Shown in pieces: positions 8,462 to 16,976 of a stretch of DNA of 40,000 bases. Source of the stretch: Peribacillus sp. Aquil_B1 (GTDB lineage: Bacteria; Bacillota; Bacilli; Bacillales; DSM-1321). The first letter of the stretch is position 1. Every line of letters starts with the position of its first letter. Under the pieces are notes generated by a model. That model was given only the letters and a program-made list of their open reading frames with translations. It was not told the DNA's origin and searched no databases. Made by a program: the position numbers and the translations under genes. Location of the stretch: the NCBI RefSeq assembly GCF_022603275.1, contig NZ_JAKXEE010000003.1:460960-500959 (forward strand), given 5' to 3'.

Positions 8462-9517
8462 TTACCCTTCTCTCCGTCTCTTTAATAAAATCAGCGCAAA
8501 TGCAGGTGCCCCGATAAGTGAGGTGATCACCCCGATCGGCAGTTCCGATGGGGCAATGACCGTCCGTGCTACAAAGTCAGCCAAAATTAGAAATCCGCTT
8601 CCTATCAGCAATGACAGCGGTAGCAAATGTTTATGGTCAGGTCCCCATAACTTTCGGACAAAATGAGGAATGACCAATCCTACAAAGCCAATCGCCCCTG
8701 AAACGGCAACCGCTGCCCCTGTCAAAGTCGAACCGGCTATCAAGATCCACATTTTCCGCCGCTTAACATTCACACCTAAGTGTTTTGCCCGGTCTTCCCC
8801 GAAAGTCATCGCATTCAATTCGCTTGTATTCATGATCAAGATCAACGAACCAAGAATAAAAAACGGCAAAATGATAGCAATATAATTCCATCCGCGCATT
8901 GAAACGCTTCCCATCAGCCAGCCGATGATTTGTCTTAATTCATCACCCGTCAGCGCAATCATCAATGAAATGAATGCACTTAAAAACGAGCTGAAAATGA
9001 TTCCCGTTAAAATGATCGTTTCCACTTTCATGGATCGATCCATTTTTTTTGCAAAAGTCAATACGCAGAGCATCGTGAGCACCGAGCATAAGATGCTCAA
9101 TGCCGGAAGAGTGTATAAACCGATGAACGGCAGTGATATATTCAAGAATATTGTCAATACGGCGCCGACCGATGCTCCTGATGAAATGCCTAATGTGTAA
9201 GGATCAGCGAGCGGGTTCCGGAGCAGCCCCTGAAATGCCGCGCCCGCAATCGCAAGCGATGCCCCGACCAAACCCGCAAGCAACACACGCGGCAAGCGGA
9301 TGTTCATCACGATATTCGTCAGCATCACATCCGGATCAGCAGAAATCGGCAAATGAAAGATCTCCTTGCCGATTATTTGTAAAAGTACGGGAATCGGTAC
9401 TGACACCGAACCAAAGGAAATGCCTATCGTCATTGCGAATAACAAAATTAACAACGCAATCAAATAAGCAACCGTCCATTTAGTTGTCAAATAGGTTCGG
9501 ATAGACTTTTTTGGCAA
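8462..9517 (-). CDS. btuC: FecCD/BtuC-family corrinoid ABC permease
   Basis: 351-aa polytopic ORF. RLPRVLLAGLVGASLAIAGAAFQGLLRNPLADPYTLG is the FecCD-family signature. TTG start. Overlaps the btuF 3' end. Confidence 0.85.
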   Translation of the reverse strand: MPKKSIRTYLTTKWTVAYLIALLILLFAMTIGISFGSVSVPIPVLLQIIGKEIFHLPISADPDVMLTNIVMNIRLPRVLLAGLVGASLAIAGAAFQGLLRNPLADPYTLGISSGASVGAVLTIFLNISLPFIGLYTLPALSILCSVLTMLCVLTFAKKMDRSMKVETIILTGIIFSSFLSAFISLMIALTGDELRQIIGWLMGSVSMRGWNYIAIILPFFILGSLILIMNTSELNAMTFGEDRAKHLGVNVKRRKMWILIAGSTLTGAAVAVSGAIGFVGLVIPHFVRKLWGPDHKHLLPLSLLIGSGFLILADFVARTVIAPSELPIGVITSLIGAPAFALILLKRRREG

Positions 9518-10451
9518 GTTCCTCTACTCCCTCTATCAAGCGTGGACCTGAACGGGTCACCAAGTCTGAATGGACATCAAAGACTTGGCCATTCTTAATG
9601 GCATTTACATCTTGCCATCCTTTTCGGCCCTTCACTTCACTTACTGCGTCTTTCGTATAATAACCATATGTTGTAATGATGACATCCGGATTTGCAGCAA
9701 TCATCGACTCTTCATCAATTTTTGCCCAACCGTCCAAATCAGCAGCAGCATTATCCGCTGAAATAATTTGAAGCATCTCATTCATGAACGTATTTTTTCC
9801 CGGTGTGTATATTTCCGGTGACGGCGAAACTTCCACTAAAACAGTCTTCCTATCCTCTTCCTTTACGGATTTGGCTTTTTCCTCGATATCCTTGAGCTTC
9901 GTTTTCATATCGGAAACGATTTCGTTTGCCTTATCATGTTCACCCGTTGCCTTTCCAATCATTTCAATAGACTCATAGACTTGGTCAAAGCTTTGTGCAT
10001 CATTGACTACGAGGACATCTATTCCAGCATCCTTAAGCTGCTGTAAACCCTCATTCGAATTATGGGCACTTGATGCATGGGCAAGAACAAGGTCAGGCTT
10101 CATGGAGACAATCAGCTCCGTGTTCATTTCCATTCCGCCGACTTTTTCTATATCTTTCGTTTCTTCCGGGTAATTATCATTGTCGGAAACACCAATGACC
10201 TTTTTACCCAAACCAAGTGCAAAGACCACTTCCGTATTACTTGGTATCAATGAAACGATTTTCTTCGGTTTTTGTTCTATCGTTACTTTTTCCCCAGTTG
10301 CATCTTTAATCGTAATCGGGAAAGCTTCGTGTTGAGCATGATTCGTTTGCTGCTTTTCTTTTCCTTCATCAGTAGTGTCACTGCAGCCGACCATCATGCC
10401 TGCAACAAGCAACATCAACAGTATCAGACCAAAAATTTTCTTCATTTTCAT
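9480..10451 (-). CDS. btuF: Corrinoid-binding lipoprotein of the ABC importer (BtuF-like periplasmic binding protein)
   Basis: Lipoprotein signal with a lipobox (LLVAGMMVGC). Cluster A/class III binding-protein pattern (KKIVSLIPSNTE, PDLVL). The ORF track starts at TTG 10460. ATG 10451 or ATG 10445 (GGGGA Shine-Dalgarno) are more likely starts. Confidence 0.8.
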   Translation of the reverse strand: MKMKKIFGLILLMLLVAGMMVGCSDTTDEGKEKQQTNHAQHEAFPITIKDATGEKVTIEQKPKKIVSLIPSNTEVVFALGLGKKVIGVSDNDNYPEETKDIEKVGGMEMNTELIVSMKPDLVLAHASSAHNSNEGLQQLKDAGIDVLVVNDAQSFDQVYESIEMIGKATGEHDKANEIVSDMKTKLKDIEEKAKSVKEEDRKTVLVEVSPSPEIYTPGKNTFMNEMLQIISADNAAADLDGWAKIDEESMIAANPDVIITTYGYYTKDAVSEVKGRKGWQDVNAIKNGQVFDVHSDLVTRSGPRLIEGVEELAKKVYPNLFDN

Positions 10452-10508
10452 TCCCCACAATCTTTTTATTTAATTTCTTTCCACCTAATAATCTCGGAAG
10501 ATGCCCCC

Positions 10509-10544
10509 AAAACAAAAAGCACCTCCCGTTAAACGGAAGGTGCT
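10509..10544 (-). terminator. Riboswitch-controlled intrinsic terminator
   Basis: Minus strand reads AGCACCTTCCG-TTTAA-CGGGAGGTGCT followed by TTTTGTTTT. The upstream GGAAGGTG (about 10582-10589) can pair with the CACCTTCC arm as an antiterminator. Confidence 0.8.
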
Positions 10545-10765
10545 TGTATGGCAACAATATCATTACGGACTTCTTATGGTCTGCCACACACCTTCCCATC
10601 CGCGTAGGTTACAGGTGTACGAATTTTGGCAGGTCTCCTGGCTCATGGTCATCGTCAACGGCACCTTCCCATATCTCATACAGTGGTACACAGCCGTCAG
10701 CTCCCATATACAGTGGCGGGACCGCGCTGGCATTTCACCAGCTTCCCTTTTAAGTCATTACGACA
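10545..10765 (-). promoter_or_regulatory. Cobalamin (AdoCbl) riboswitch
   Basis: Minus strand carries AAAAGGGAAGCTGGTGAAATGCCAGCGCGGTCCCGCCACTGTA, CCACTGTATGAGATATGGGAAGG, and the B12 box GAGCCAGGAGACCTGCC (10628-10644). It lies directly upstream of btuF. A TATAAT hexamer sits at 10803-10808 (minus). Confidence 0.92.
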
Positions 10766-10871
10766 CCAAATCGTTCATATGTATATAATTTTCACTGCCT
10801 TCATTATACACCATGTAAGAATCGATTATTATATGATTTTTCTGAACAGGTTCGAAATGATCCTTCCACCT

Positions 10872-11750
10872 TCAATGATTTGAAGCATTTTCAATCAGTG
10901 ACGCAAACCCATCGTCTGATAACCCGGGTGAAATCCGAACTCGATGCAGGGCATGCATCCCTTGTTCCCTTGAAGCTCCCCCAGGTTCGGTAGTGACTGC
11001 CATCTTGTATCCAGCTTCTTCTGACAGCCTGAGAGTCTCTTCGTTATACCGGCCAACCGGATAGGAAAGCACTGTCGTGTCCTGGTCGAGAATACGGTCG
11101 AATAGCTTCTTCGACTGGACCATTTCAGCTTCTTGCTGCTCTGCCGTCATGCGGTTCAGCTCCAAATGGTTGATAGTATGGCTTTCGATCGAAATCCCAT
11201 TCCCGCTCATCTCCATCATTTGATTTTCAGTCAGGTGAAGACCTTTATCAATGGACTTCCCGATCATGAAGACAGTTGCTTTCATATCATTTTCTTTTAA
11301 TATCGGGAAAGCCTCCGTGTAGTTATCTGTGTAGCCATCATCAAAAGTAAGCCAGACGCACTTCTCACTTGGCATCCGATTCTCGGTCAAAACGAGGAAT
11401 GCTTCTTCAGGGGATAATGTATAGTAACCATTCTCCCGAAGCCAAACCATCTGTGACCGGAATTCCTCTCTTGGAACCCGAAGGTCATTACCTTCAGAAA
11501 TGCTGTGATACATCAATATCGGGAGCTGGACCGGGGACTCAGCCGTTATCCAGTCTCCCGTATCGATTTGTCCCTCCGGATCCTGCCCGGTCCCATTCTC
11601 AGCCGCTTCGGCCACTTCAATTTCATCTTCCGCAATCGGTACAGCTGTCTTTGTGCCTATCCCCTCTAAAATCCCTTGTGAGCATCCAGATAAAATCAAA
11701 ATTCCCAGCAATGCCGCCATCATTAAAACTCTATATTTCCCCACTATCAT
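10872..11750 (-). CDS. Polysaccharide deacetylase (NodB domain) lipoprotein
   Basis: 292 aa. Lipobox ILILSGC. NodB motifs LTFDDGYTDNY and HTINH. GTG 11744 has better Shine-Dalgarno spacing (AGGAGA) than ATG 11750. Confidence 0.85.
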   Translation of the reverse strand: MIVGKYRVLMMAALLGILILSGCSQGILEGIGTKTAVPIAEDEIEVAEAAENGTGQDPEGQIDTGDWITAESPVQLPILMYHSISEGNDLRVPREEFRSQMVWLRENGYYTLSPEEAFLVLTENRMPSEKCVWLTFDDGYTDNYTEAFPILKENDMKATVFMIGKSIDKGLHLTENQMMEMSGNGISIESHTINHLELNRMTAEQQEAEMVQSKKLFDRILDQDTTVLSYPVGRYNEETLRLSEEAGYKMAVTTEPGGASREQGMHALHRVRISPGLSDDGFASLIENASNH

Positions 11751-11894
11751 TCTCCTAATTTTTTATAGTGAAATAGTACCAGAAAACTCGTGATTAATAA
11801 AGTATTCCAGTAAATGAAAAAAAGGGAAAGACGAGAGTTTAGTGACCTGTTAAGCATTTATGAGGATTTTTTTTCATAAGTATGTGCGATTAGC

Positions 11895-11923
11895 TTGAAA
11901 AGTTTGCCTATAAGAAATATAAT
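11895..11923 (+). promoter_or_regulatory. Sigma-A type promoter for tRNA-Arg
   Basis: TTGAAA (11895-11900), an exact 17-bp spacer, then TATAAT (11918-11923). It lies about 25 nt upstream of the tRNA 5' end. Confidence 0.65.
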
Positions 11924-11948
11924 AAATAAGTCGTCGACTTTTTTATAT

Positions 11949-12022
11949 GTCCCAGTAGCTCAGCAGGATAGAGCGACAGCCTCCTAAGCTGTAGGTCGTA
12001 GGTTCGATTCCTATCTGGGACG
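11949..12022 (+). tRNA. tRNA-Arg (anticodon CCU)
   Basis: Hand-folded cloverleaf. Acceptor GTCCCAG/CTGGGAC plus discriminator G. D arm GCTC-AGCAGGATA-GAGC. Anticodon arm ACAGC-CTCCTAA-GCTGT. T arm GTAGG-TTCGATT-CCTAT. No encoded CCA. Confidence 0.93.
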
Positions 12023-12069
12023 CTAATTAAAGAACGCTATGTTTTCGGTATGTTATCCGTACAATCAAA

Positions 12070-12151
12070 CGGTGACATATTCGGTGACATAGCGTTTTTT
12101 CTCGTGGTCTGTAGGACACCGATACGGCGAACGTAGGACACCGGTGACATA
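12070..12151 (+). repeat. Direct repeats between the tRNA and int: CGGTGACATA x3 and GTAGGACACCG x2 (candidate integrase arm-type sites / int promoter-operator)
   Basis: CGGTGACATA at 12070-12079, 12082-12091 and 12142-12151. GTAGGACACCG at 12111-12121 and 12133-12143. Inverted repeat AACGCTATGT (12033-12042) / ACATAGCGTT (12088-12097) followed by a T6 run. Confidence 0.5.
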
Positions 12152-12171
12152 TCCGGGAGGCTTATACGATA

Positions 12172-13221
12172 ATGACACGCAAATATATAGGTAGCCGAGG
12201 GCCTAAAGCTTCGGCGGATGTCCTAAAGACTAAGGTAGACCAAAAGCTTACGGAAGTACGGTACTCAATCGACGAAGCACTAGAAATATTCGTAAGGGCG
12301 AAGCAGGCGGAAGGAGTACGTCCGGGCACCGTTAAAGGATACCGCGACGTGGTTCGCTACCTTTCCGAATGGCTCGACGTAGAGGTAAGTTATATCGACG
12401 AAATTACTTCCGACATGCTCCGCGAATACATTAACTACCTTCGGACCGATCGGACTCCGTATGCGGAAGATACGCAGCGAATACGTAAAAGTAAAGGGCT
12501 ATCCGTTAGTACGATTAATATTCGGATTAGAACGCTTAAGACGATGTTTCGCTTTTTAACGGTCGAAGGATTGATTAACGTAAATCCTATGGAGAATATC
12601 GCGCAGATAAAAGGCGATGAACGCGAAGAGGTGCCGGGATTACCCGACGAGGAGGTCGATGCTATTCTCGCCTCATATGACGATAGCCAGTTCGCTCAAT
12701 GGCGCGATAAAACGCTGATACTCCTTTTACTCGATACGGGCATGCGAATAGGCGAAGCCCTGGCGCTAACCGCCGACCAAGTTGATTTCCGGCAGTTGTC
12801 CGTTTCGGTTCCTTCGCAAATAGCCAAGAATCGGAAGCATCGCGAAATACCAATCAGCCGCGAGATTGCGAAAAGGCTTCGGCAATTATTGGACGAAACG
12901 CAGTCATATTTCGGCGAAGAAAGTATGCTCTTTATGAATGCGTATGGCGAGCCGTTTACCGACGATGCTTTTAGGCGTAGACTTAACCGGCTGAAAAGGA
13001 AGCTCGGAATAGAACGACTGCACCCTCACCAATTCCGACATACCTTCGCACGTAATTATATTTTAAATGGCGGAGATTTATTTACCCTTCAACGGATCCT
13101 CGACCATGCGGATATAACGACCACGCGTAAGTATGTGCAAATGGATAGCGAACACGTTCGGGAACAACATAATAAATTCTCGCCCGTTCGACGCATCCTT
13201 AATCGGACGAAACGAGTTTAA
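12172..13221 (+). CDS. int: Tyrosine recombinase / phage integrase
   Basis: 349 aa. N-terminal SAM-like core-binding domain. Catalytic region with R (DTGMRIGEAL), HQFRHTFA, and TTTRKY (the Tyr nucleophile). Confidence 0.95.
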   Translation: MTRKYIGSRGPKASADVLKTKVDQKLTEVRYSIDEALEIFVRAKQAEGVRPGTVKGYRDVVRYLSEWLDVEVSYIDEITSDMLREYINYLRTDRTPYAEDTQRIRKSKGLSVSTINIRIRTLKTMFRFLTVEGLINVNPMENIAQIKGDEREEVPGLPDEEVDAILASYDDSQFAQWRDKTLILLLLDTGMRIGEALALTADQVDFRQLSVSVPSQIAKNRKHREIPISREIAKRLRQLLDETQSYFGEESMLFMNAYGEPFTDDAFRRRLNRLKRKLGIERLHPHQFRHTFARNYILNGGDLFTLQRILDHADITTTRKYVQMDSEHVREQHNKFSPVRRILNRTKRV

Positions 13222-13227
13222 AACAAG

Positions 13228-13249
13228 GCGGCCATTGCGGTCGCTTTTT
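13228..13249 (+). terminator. Candidate intrinsic terminator after int
   Basis: GCGGCC-ATTGC-GGTCGC (6 bp including one G.U pair) followed by TTTTT. Confidence 0.45.
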
Positions 13250-13343
13250 CTATTTAAGCCTCTAACGAAATGAGACGGGTTATTCGTATGTCAAACGAAA
13301 GTTAATTCGCTCTGAGGGCGCCCTACAAGCACCCGATATGTAT

Positions 13344-13367
13344 AAAAGCCAGCGCCGAAGCGCCAGC
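13344..13367 (-). terminator. Intrinsic terminator ending the minus-strand phage transcription unit
   Basis: Minus strand reads GCTGGCGC-TTCG-GCGCTGGC followed by TTTT. The two non-Watson-Crick positions are G.U only in the minus sense (A/C mismatches in the plus sense). Confidence 0.6.
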
Positions 13368-13385
13368 CGTTTTTCCAAAGATGCA

Positions 13386-14732
13386 CTAGATTACATCAAA
13401 CGAATAAATTTGAGGATAAGTAGCATGACCACAATATACTTTTCCTTTATAAATCATTATCCCTTCTGGGCTTCCTGTTAATAAAGGGTTGCCATCTTGC
13501 CCAATAGGGTTGTAAATAATCAAATCGGATTTAATTTGTCCGCTTTCTGATGACAAATATGTCTTACAAATCTTGTAACCTCCCGCGGTGTACTTGATCG
13601 GATACCACAAAGCACCGTTATAAAATTGCAAGTCTTTATTTCCAAATTTAACAACGTCTTGTGTATATGTTTTAACGATCTTGTACGTTCCGTTATACCT
13701 CTTTGAAGCGTTGTAATCGTAAACTCCGTTTTCGAGTTTGTTGGTTCCTACCCCTAACAGAAGTTTATGAACGTATTGGAGGTTTGTTGTGGTTAAATAA
13801 GCCATATCGTCCTCTGCTGCCCAGCACATTTTAGCTGTCGTTTGACCAGGGAATAACGCTGATAAAAAATCTAACTTGGTGTATAGTCCGCAATTATCAA
13901 ATGTTACTGTATTAGTTGAGTTTTTCCATTTATCTGCTTCATAAAAAATATAACCTTTCATATATTCTTCGGACAAGGAATTTGTAGAATTCCCCATAAT
14001 CAAAGCCCTCACATTTTGATTATAGTCGGATGCAACCAAACGCAATTCACTTGTGGTTAAATCAGCATTCGTTTCCACTAAAGACACATTAAACGATTTT
14101 ACAGGTGTTAAATCAGGCAACGAAAACACATTCGAAGCGCCCAAAGATGGCACTTCAAGCGTGATTAATTCATCATCACAAACGAACATAGAATGATAGG
14201 TTTTACCCGAACCAATTGATTTTTCATTAAATCTTAATGAGTATTCTTTTTCATATAACGGGTATCTTCTTTGGTATATACTAAAGACTATTCCGCCCGT
14301 TATTTTCCCATCCCAATTCATAGCGACTAATACGCTATCAAAAGGTACTTTAATCCCGCCTAACTGTGATTTAATCTGAAATCCGTTCGTTGCATTCCAG
14401 ACCATGTATTCTTTGTCTTGCAATACAAAAGGACTCGGTATAGTTTCCTGTCTAACGGTCCCATTTGAAAAAGTCACTACCATTATTCGATTTAAAGATA
14501 AATCCGCATTTAACGTTATTGTGACGGATTTATTCCCATCCGGTTTGAATAATATATCACCACATAGGACGAATGAATTCGTTACAAAATTCGCGTTCGT
14601 CGTTACGCTCCCGCCACCGCCTATGCTTCCGTCATCTATCGCCTGTTTCAATGTTTTAGTAGGTGAAATATAAACAGCTTCGCCTAATGTAACAGGATAT
14701 ACTCCTTCAATGACTTGGACTTTCGCCTCCAT
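13386..14732 (-). CDS. Hypothetical phage protein, beta-rich; possible distal receptor-binding or tail-spike-like protein
   Basis: 448-aa ORF, 11 nt downstream of the BppU-like gene. Asn/Tyr/Lys-rich with a beta-strand-like pattern. I recognise no family signature. Visibly more AT-rich than the rest of the prophage. Confidence 0.55.
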   Translation of the reverse strand: MEAKVQVIEGVYPVTLGEAVYISPTKTLKQAIDDGSIGGGGSVTTNANFVTNSFVLCGDILFKPDGNKSVTITLNADLSLNRIMVVTFSNGTVRQETIPSPFVLQDKEYMVWNATNGFQIKSQLGGIKVPFDSVLVAMNWDGKITGGIVFSIYQRRYPLYEKEYSLRFNEKSIGSGKTYHSMFVCDDELITLEVPSLGASNVFSLPDLTPVKSFNVSLVETNADLTTSELRLVASDYNQNVRALIMGNSTNSLSEEYMKGYIFYEADKWKNSTNTVTFDNCGLYTKLDFLSALFPGQTTAKMCWAAEDDMAYLTTTNLQYVHKLLLGVGTNKLENGVYDYNASKRYNGTYKIVKTYTQDVVKFGNKDLQFYNGALWYPIKYTAGGYKICKTYLSSESGQIKSDLIIYNPIGQDGNPLLTGSPEGIMIYKGKVYCGHATYPQIYSFDVI

Positions 14733-14746
14733 AATACCACTCTCCT

Positions 14747-16954
14747 TTATTTAGCTATCCAGAATGTTAGTCGATTATCTTTTAGATACTGTTTGACATT
14801 TACCAAATTGCAAGTAGGCATTTTACTTTGAGGAATCTTAAAGTTTAGTCGAGTGGTAGCGTTAACGTACCATGTTTCCTTGGTATCTGTTGTTGAAATA
14901 TACCTTCCGCAAATGGAGTTTACACCTGCTGTAATGGAAGTATTCGCCCCTAACCCTGCACTTAAATTCGCAAACCCACTATGCATTCCATTAACAACCG
15001 TGATCGTACTCAGTGACGGAATGGCATCAATGATGGCGTCCGTTATTACTACTGTTTCATTCGCTGGACCGTTTAATATAGGTAACCTATTCGAAATACT
15101 GAATAGAGCAAGTTGTATTTTATTTGAATTACTGGCGTATAGGGACGCAGGAATTCTTAGATAAACCGTGTTTTGATTGGTGATATAACAAACATCAGGA
15201 CAGTCAACCGTTCCACTTGTAAAGTTACTTAATGGTTGGGCGCCTGCGTATGGAATAACCCCATTGAATACATTGGCAGCGTTACTTTCTGTTGCTGCAC
15301 TTAAAGCTAAATTCACTTTTGTTAAAGTAGGGGACATGGAGAAATAAATGTGGCTTGGTTCTCCCTCTGGTCTTAATGCTATGTCTGCATCCAATATAGT
15401 CTCTGGATTTACATACATGTATGATCCGTTAATATAGGCATTTTGTGTACCGTCAAAATTGGTAACAATAATCGTATAACTACAAGTTGCTGTAAAGCCC
15501 CCATCTATTGTAGTTGCGGTAATGATTGCATTCCCTTCTGTTACACCCGTAACCAATCCGCTACTGTTTACCGTTGCAACGGCTGGATTAGAACTTGACC
15601 ACGTAACGGCTTTATTGGTTGCATCAGCTGGCGCAACCGTTGCGGTCAATTGGGATGTTGTATTTTTATTAATGTTCAACGTGCTTGCATTCAATGTAAC
15701 CCCTGTAACGGCTTTATTAACCACTTGTGCGGTCGCGGTAATAGTGAATGTCAATGTGTTACTTTGAAGACCTTCGGAATCCGTCACTTTTAACGTAAGG
15801 GTATGTGTTCCAGCTGCAAGTGTACCAACCACCCACGTATTTGCTCCCTTACTAATTGTTGCAGTTGTTGTTACTCCGTCAATGGTTTTAGTAAGAGTCA
15901 AACTTGCCGTTTTGTCATCCGTAACTGTATACGGAATAGAAACGCTTGTTTGATCGTCAATAGCTCCTGGAGTATATGAACTAGATATAACAGGCGCTGC
16001 GTTAGATGACTGAGCCGTTACCGCTATAGTGAAGGATAATGTATTACTTGCTAACCCTTCGGAGTCTGTAGCTTTTAACGTTAACGTGTGCGTACCAACA
16101 GCCAATAGCCCAACATTCCAGGTATTCGCCCCTTTGGATAGTGAAACCGAAGTGTTAACCCCGTCAATCGATTGAACAACAGTTAAAAAACCCGCTCCAT
16201 TATCCGTTATTGTATAAGGTATGGAAACGGCTGTTAGATCATCGGTAGCAGCAAGATTGAACGAACTTGATAAAACTGGCGCGGTGTTTGCTGGTGGTGC
16301 TCCACTTCCTATAGTGAATGATTCCCCAGTTGTTACGTCCCTTGTAACAATACCGTTTCCGGTACCACCTCCTGAAATTACTACATTCCCGTTCGCATCA
16401 GGTGCAACTCCGTTTACTGTAGAAATTTTACTGGCTAGTTCGTTCTTTGTTGCCAACCCCGCCACCTTCTCGTCCAGATTACTGAAGCTTTCGTCAAACT
16501 CAGTTCTTGACACGGTATTTTCAACGGTATCAGCGATCTCATCTCCATCAAACGTAGGCTTTCCGTTTTCATTCACACCGAATCGACTCCACACGCTTAA
16601 CGGTGCAGTGGACGGAGGTAGGGCCGGCTCTCCTGCCAATTTCTCCGTTACTTTAAATTTTTGCGCAATGTCAGAATAGACGGTTCCGTTTGCGAAAAAT
16701 ACCGTAGGTTGAAAATAGTATTGACCAGGGGCGGACAGATCCGCGTTACTTAGTACAAACCGGCATTTCCCGTTCGGGCCATCTATAATCTCCGCCTCTT
16801 TAACGTAGACCTGGTTTCCTCTTCTAATCGCCACCTCGACCGTTGCCCCGACGATAGGGACGACCAATCCATTATTTTTGACTGTGAAGTTAAATACGTT
16901 CCCGTTATTCCCTTGAACGAGTCCGTCGATATTAAGATTGAAATCAAACGACAT
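14747..16954 (-). CDS. Tail-fibre / baseplate-upper-protein-like receptor-binding protein (BppU-N-like domain, two Ig-like repeats, Big_2 domain, C-terminal head)
   Basis: 735 aa. N-terminus MSFDFNLNIDG...YYFQPTVFF resembles the BppU N-domain. NGVAPDANGNVVISGG is a fibre motif. Tandem Ig-like repeats of about 93 aa. Big_2 signature VTGVTLN...TWSSSNPAVATVNSSGLVTGV. GGAGG Shine-Dalgarno before the ATG. Confidence 0.8.
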   Translation of the reverse strand: MSFDFNLNIDGLVQGNNGNVFNFTVKNNGLVVPIVGATVEVAIRRGNQVYVKEAEIIDGPNGKCRFVLSNADLSAPGQYYFQPTVFFANGTVYSDIAQKFKVTEKLAGEPALPPSTAPLSVWSRFGVNENGKPTFDGDEIADTVENTVSRTEFDESFSNLDEKVAGLATKNELASKISTVNGVAPDANGNVVISGGGTGNGIVTRDVTTGESFTIGSGAPPANTAPVLSSSFNLAATDDLTAVSIPYTITDNGAGFLTVVQSIDGVNTSVSLSKGANTWNVGLLAVGTHTLTLKATDSEGLASNTLSFTIAVTAQSSNAAPVISSSYTPGAIDDQTSVSIPYTVTDDKTASLTLTKTIDGVTTTATISKGANTWVVGTLAAGTHTLTLKVTDSEGLQSNTLTFTITATAQVVNKAVTGVTLNASTLNINKNTTSQLTATVAPADATNKAVTWSSSNPAVATVNSSGLVTGVTEGNAIITATTIDGGFTATCSYTIIVTNFDGTQNAYINGSYMYVNPETILDADIALRPEGEPSHIYFSMSPTLTKVNLALSAATESNAANVFNGVIPYAGAQPLSNFTSGTVDCPDVCYITNQNTVYLRIPASLYASNSNKIQLALFSISNRLPILNGPANETVVITDAIIDAIPSLSTITVVNGMHSGFANLSAGLGANTSITAGVNSICGRYISTTDTKETWYVNATTRLNFKIPQSKMPTCNLVNVKQYLKDNRLTFWIAK
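15725..16288 (-). repeat. Tandem duplication (2 x about 280 bp) encoding two Ig-like domains inside the 735-aa fibre gene
   Basis: aa 223-315 (APVLSSSFNLAATDDLTAVSIPYTITD...THTLTLKATDSEGLASNTLSFTIAVTAQ) versus aa 318-410 (APVISSSYTPGAIDDQTSVSIPYTVTD...THTLTLKVTDSEGLQSNTLTFTITATAQ). Confidence 0.75.
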
Positions 16955-16976
16955 CGGTTATCCTCCTTTTGTATAT

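Noticed and set aside
1815-9483. Antisense or overlapping ORFs within the B12 operon (for example 1815..2168, 2937..3212, 6040..6315, 8331..8666, 9133..9483) and the small minus-strand ORFs 4400..4582, 4763..4966, 6071..6313 and 7633..7821
   Set aside because: They overlap strongly supported cob/btu genes in other frames and have no independent signals.
10501-10883. Plus-strand ORFs 10501..10788, 10544..10753 and 10626..10883, and minus-strand ORF 10378..10599
   Set aside because: They lie on the cobalamin riboswitch, its terminator and the leader. They lack ribosome-binding sites and have non-protein-like composition.
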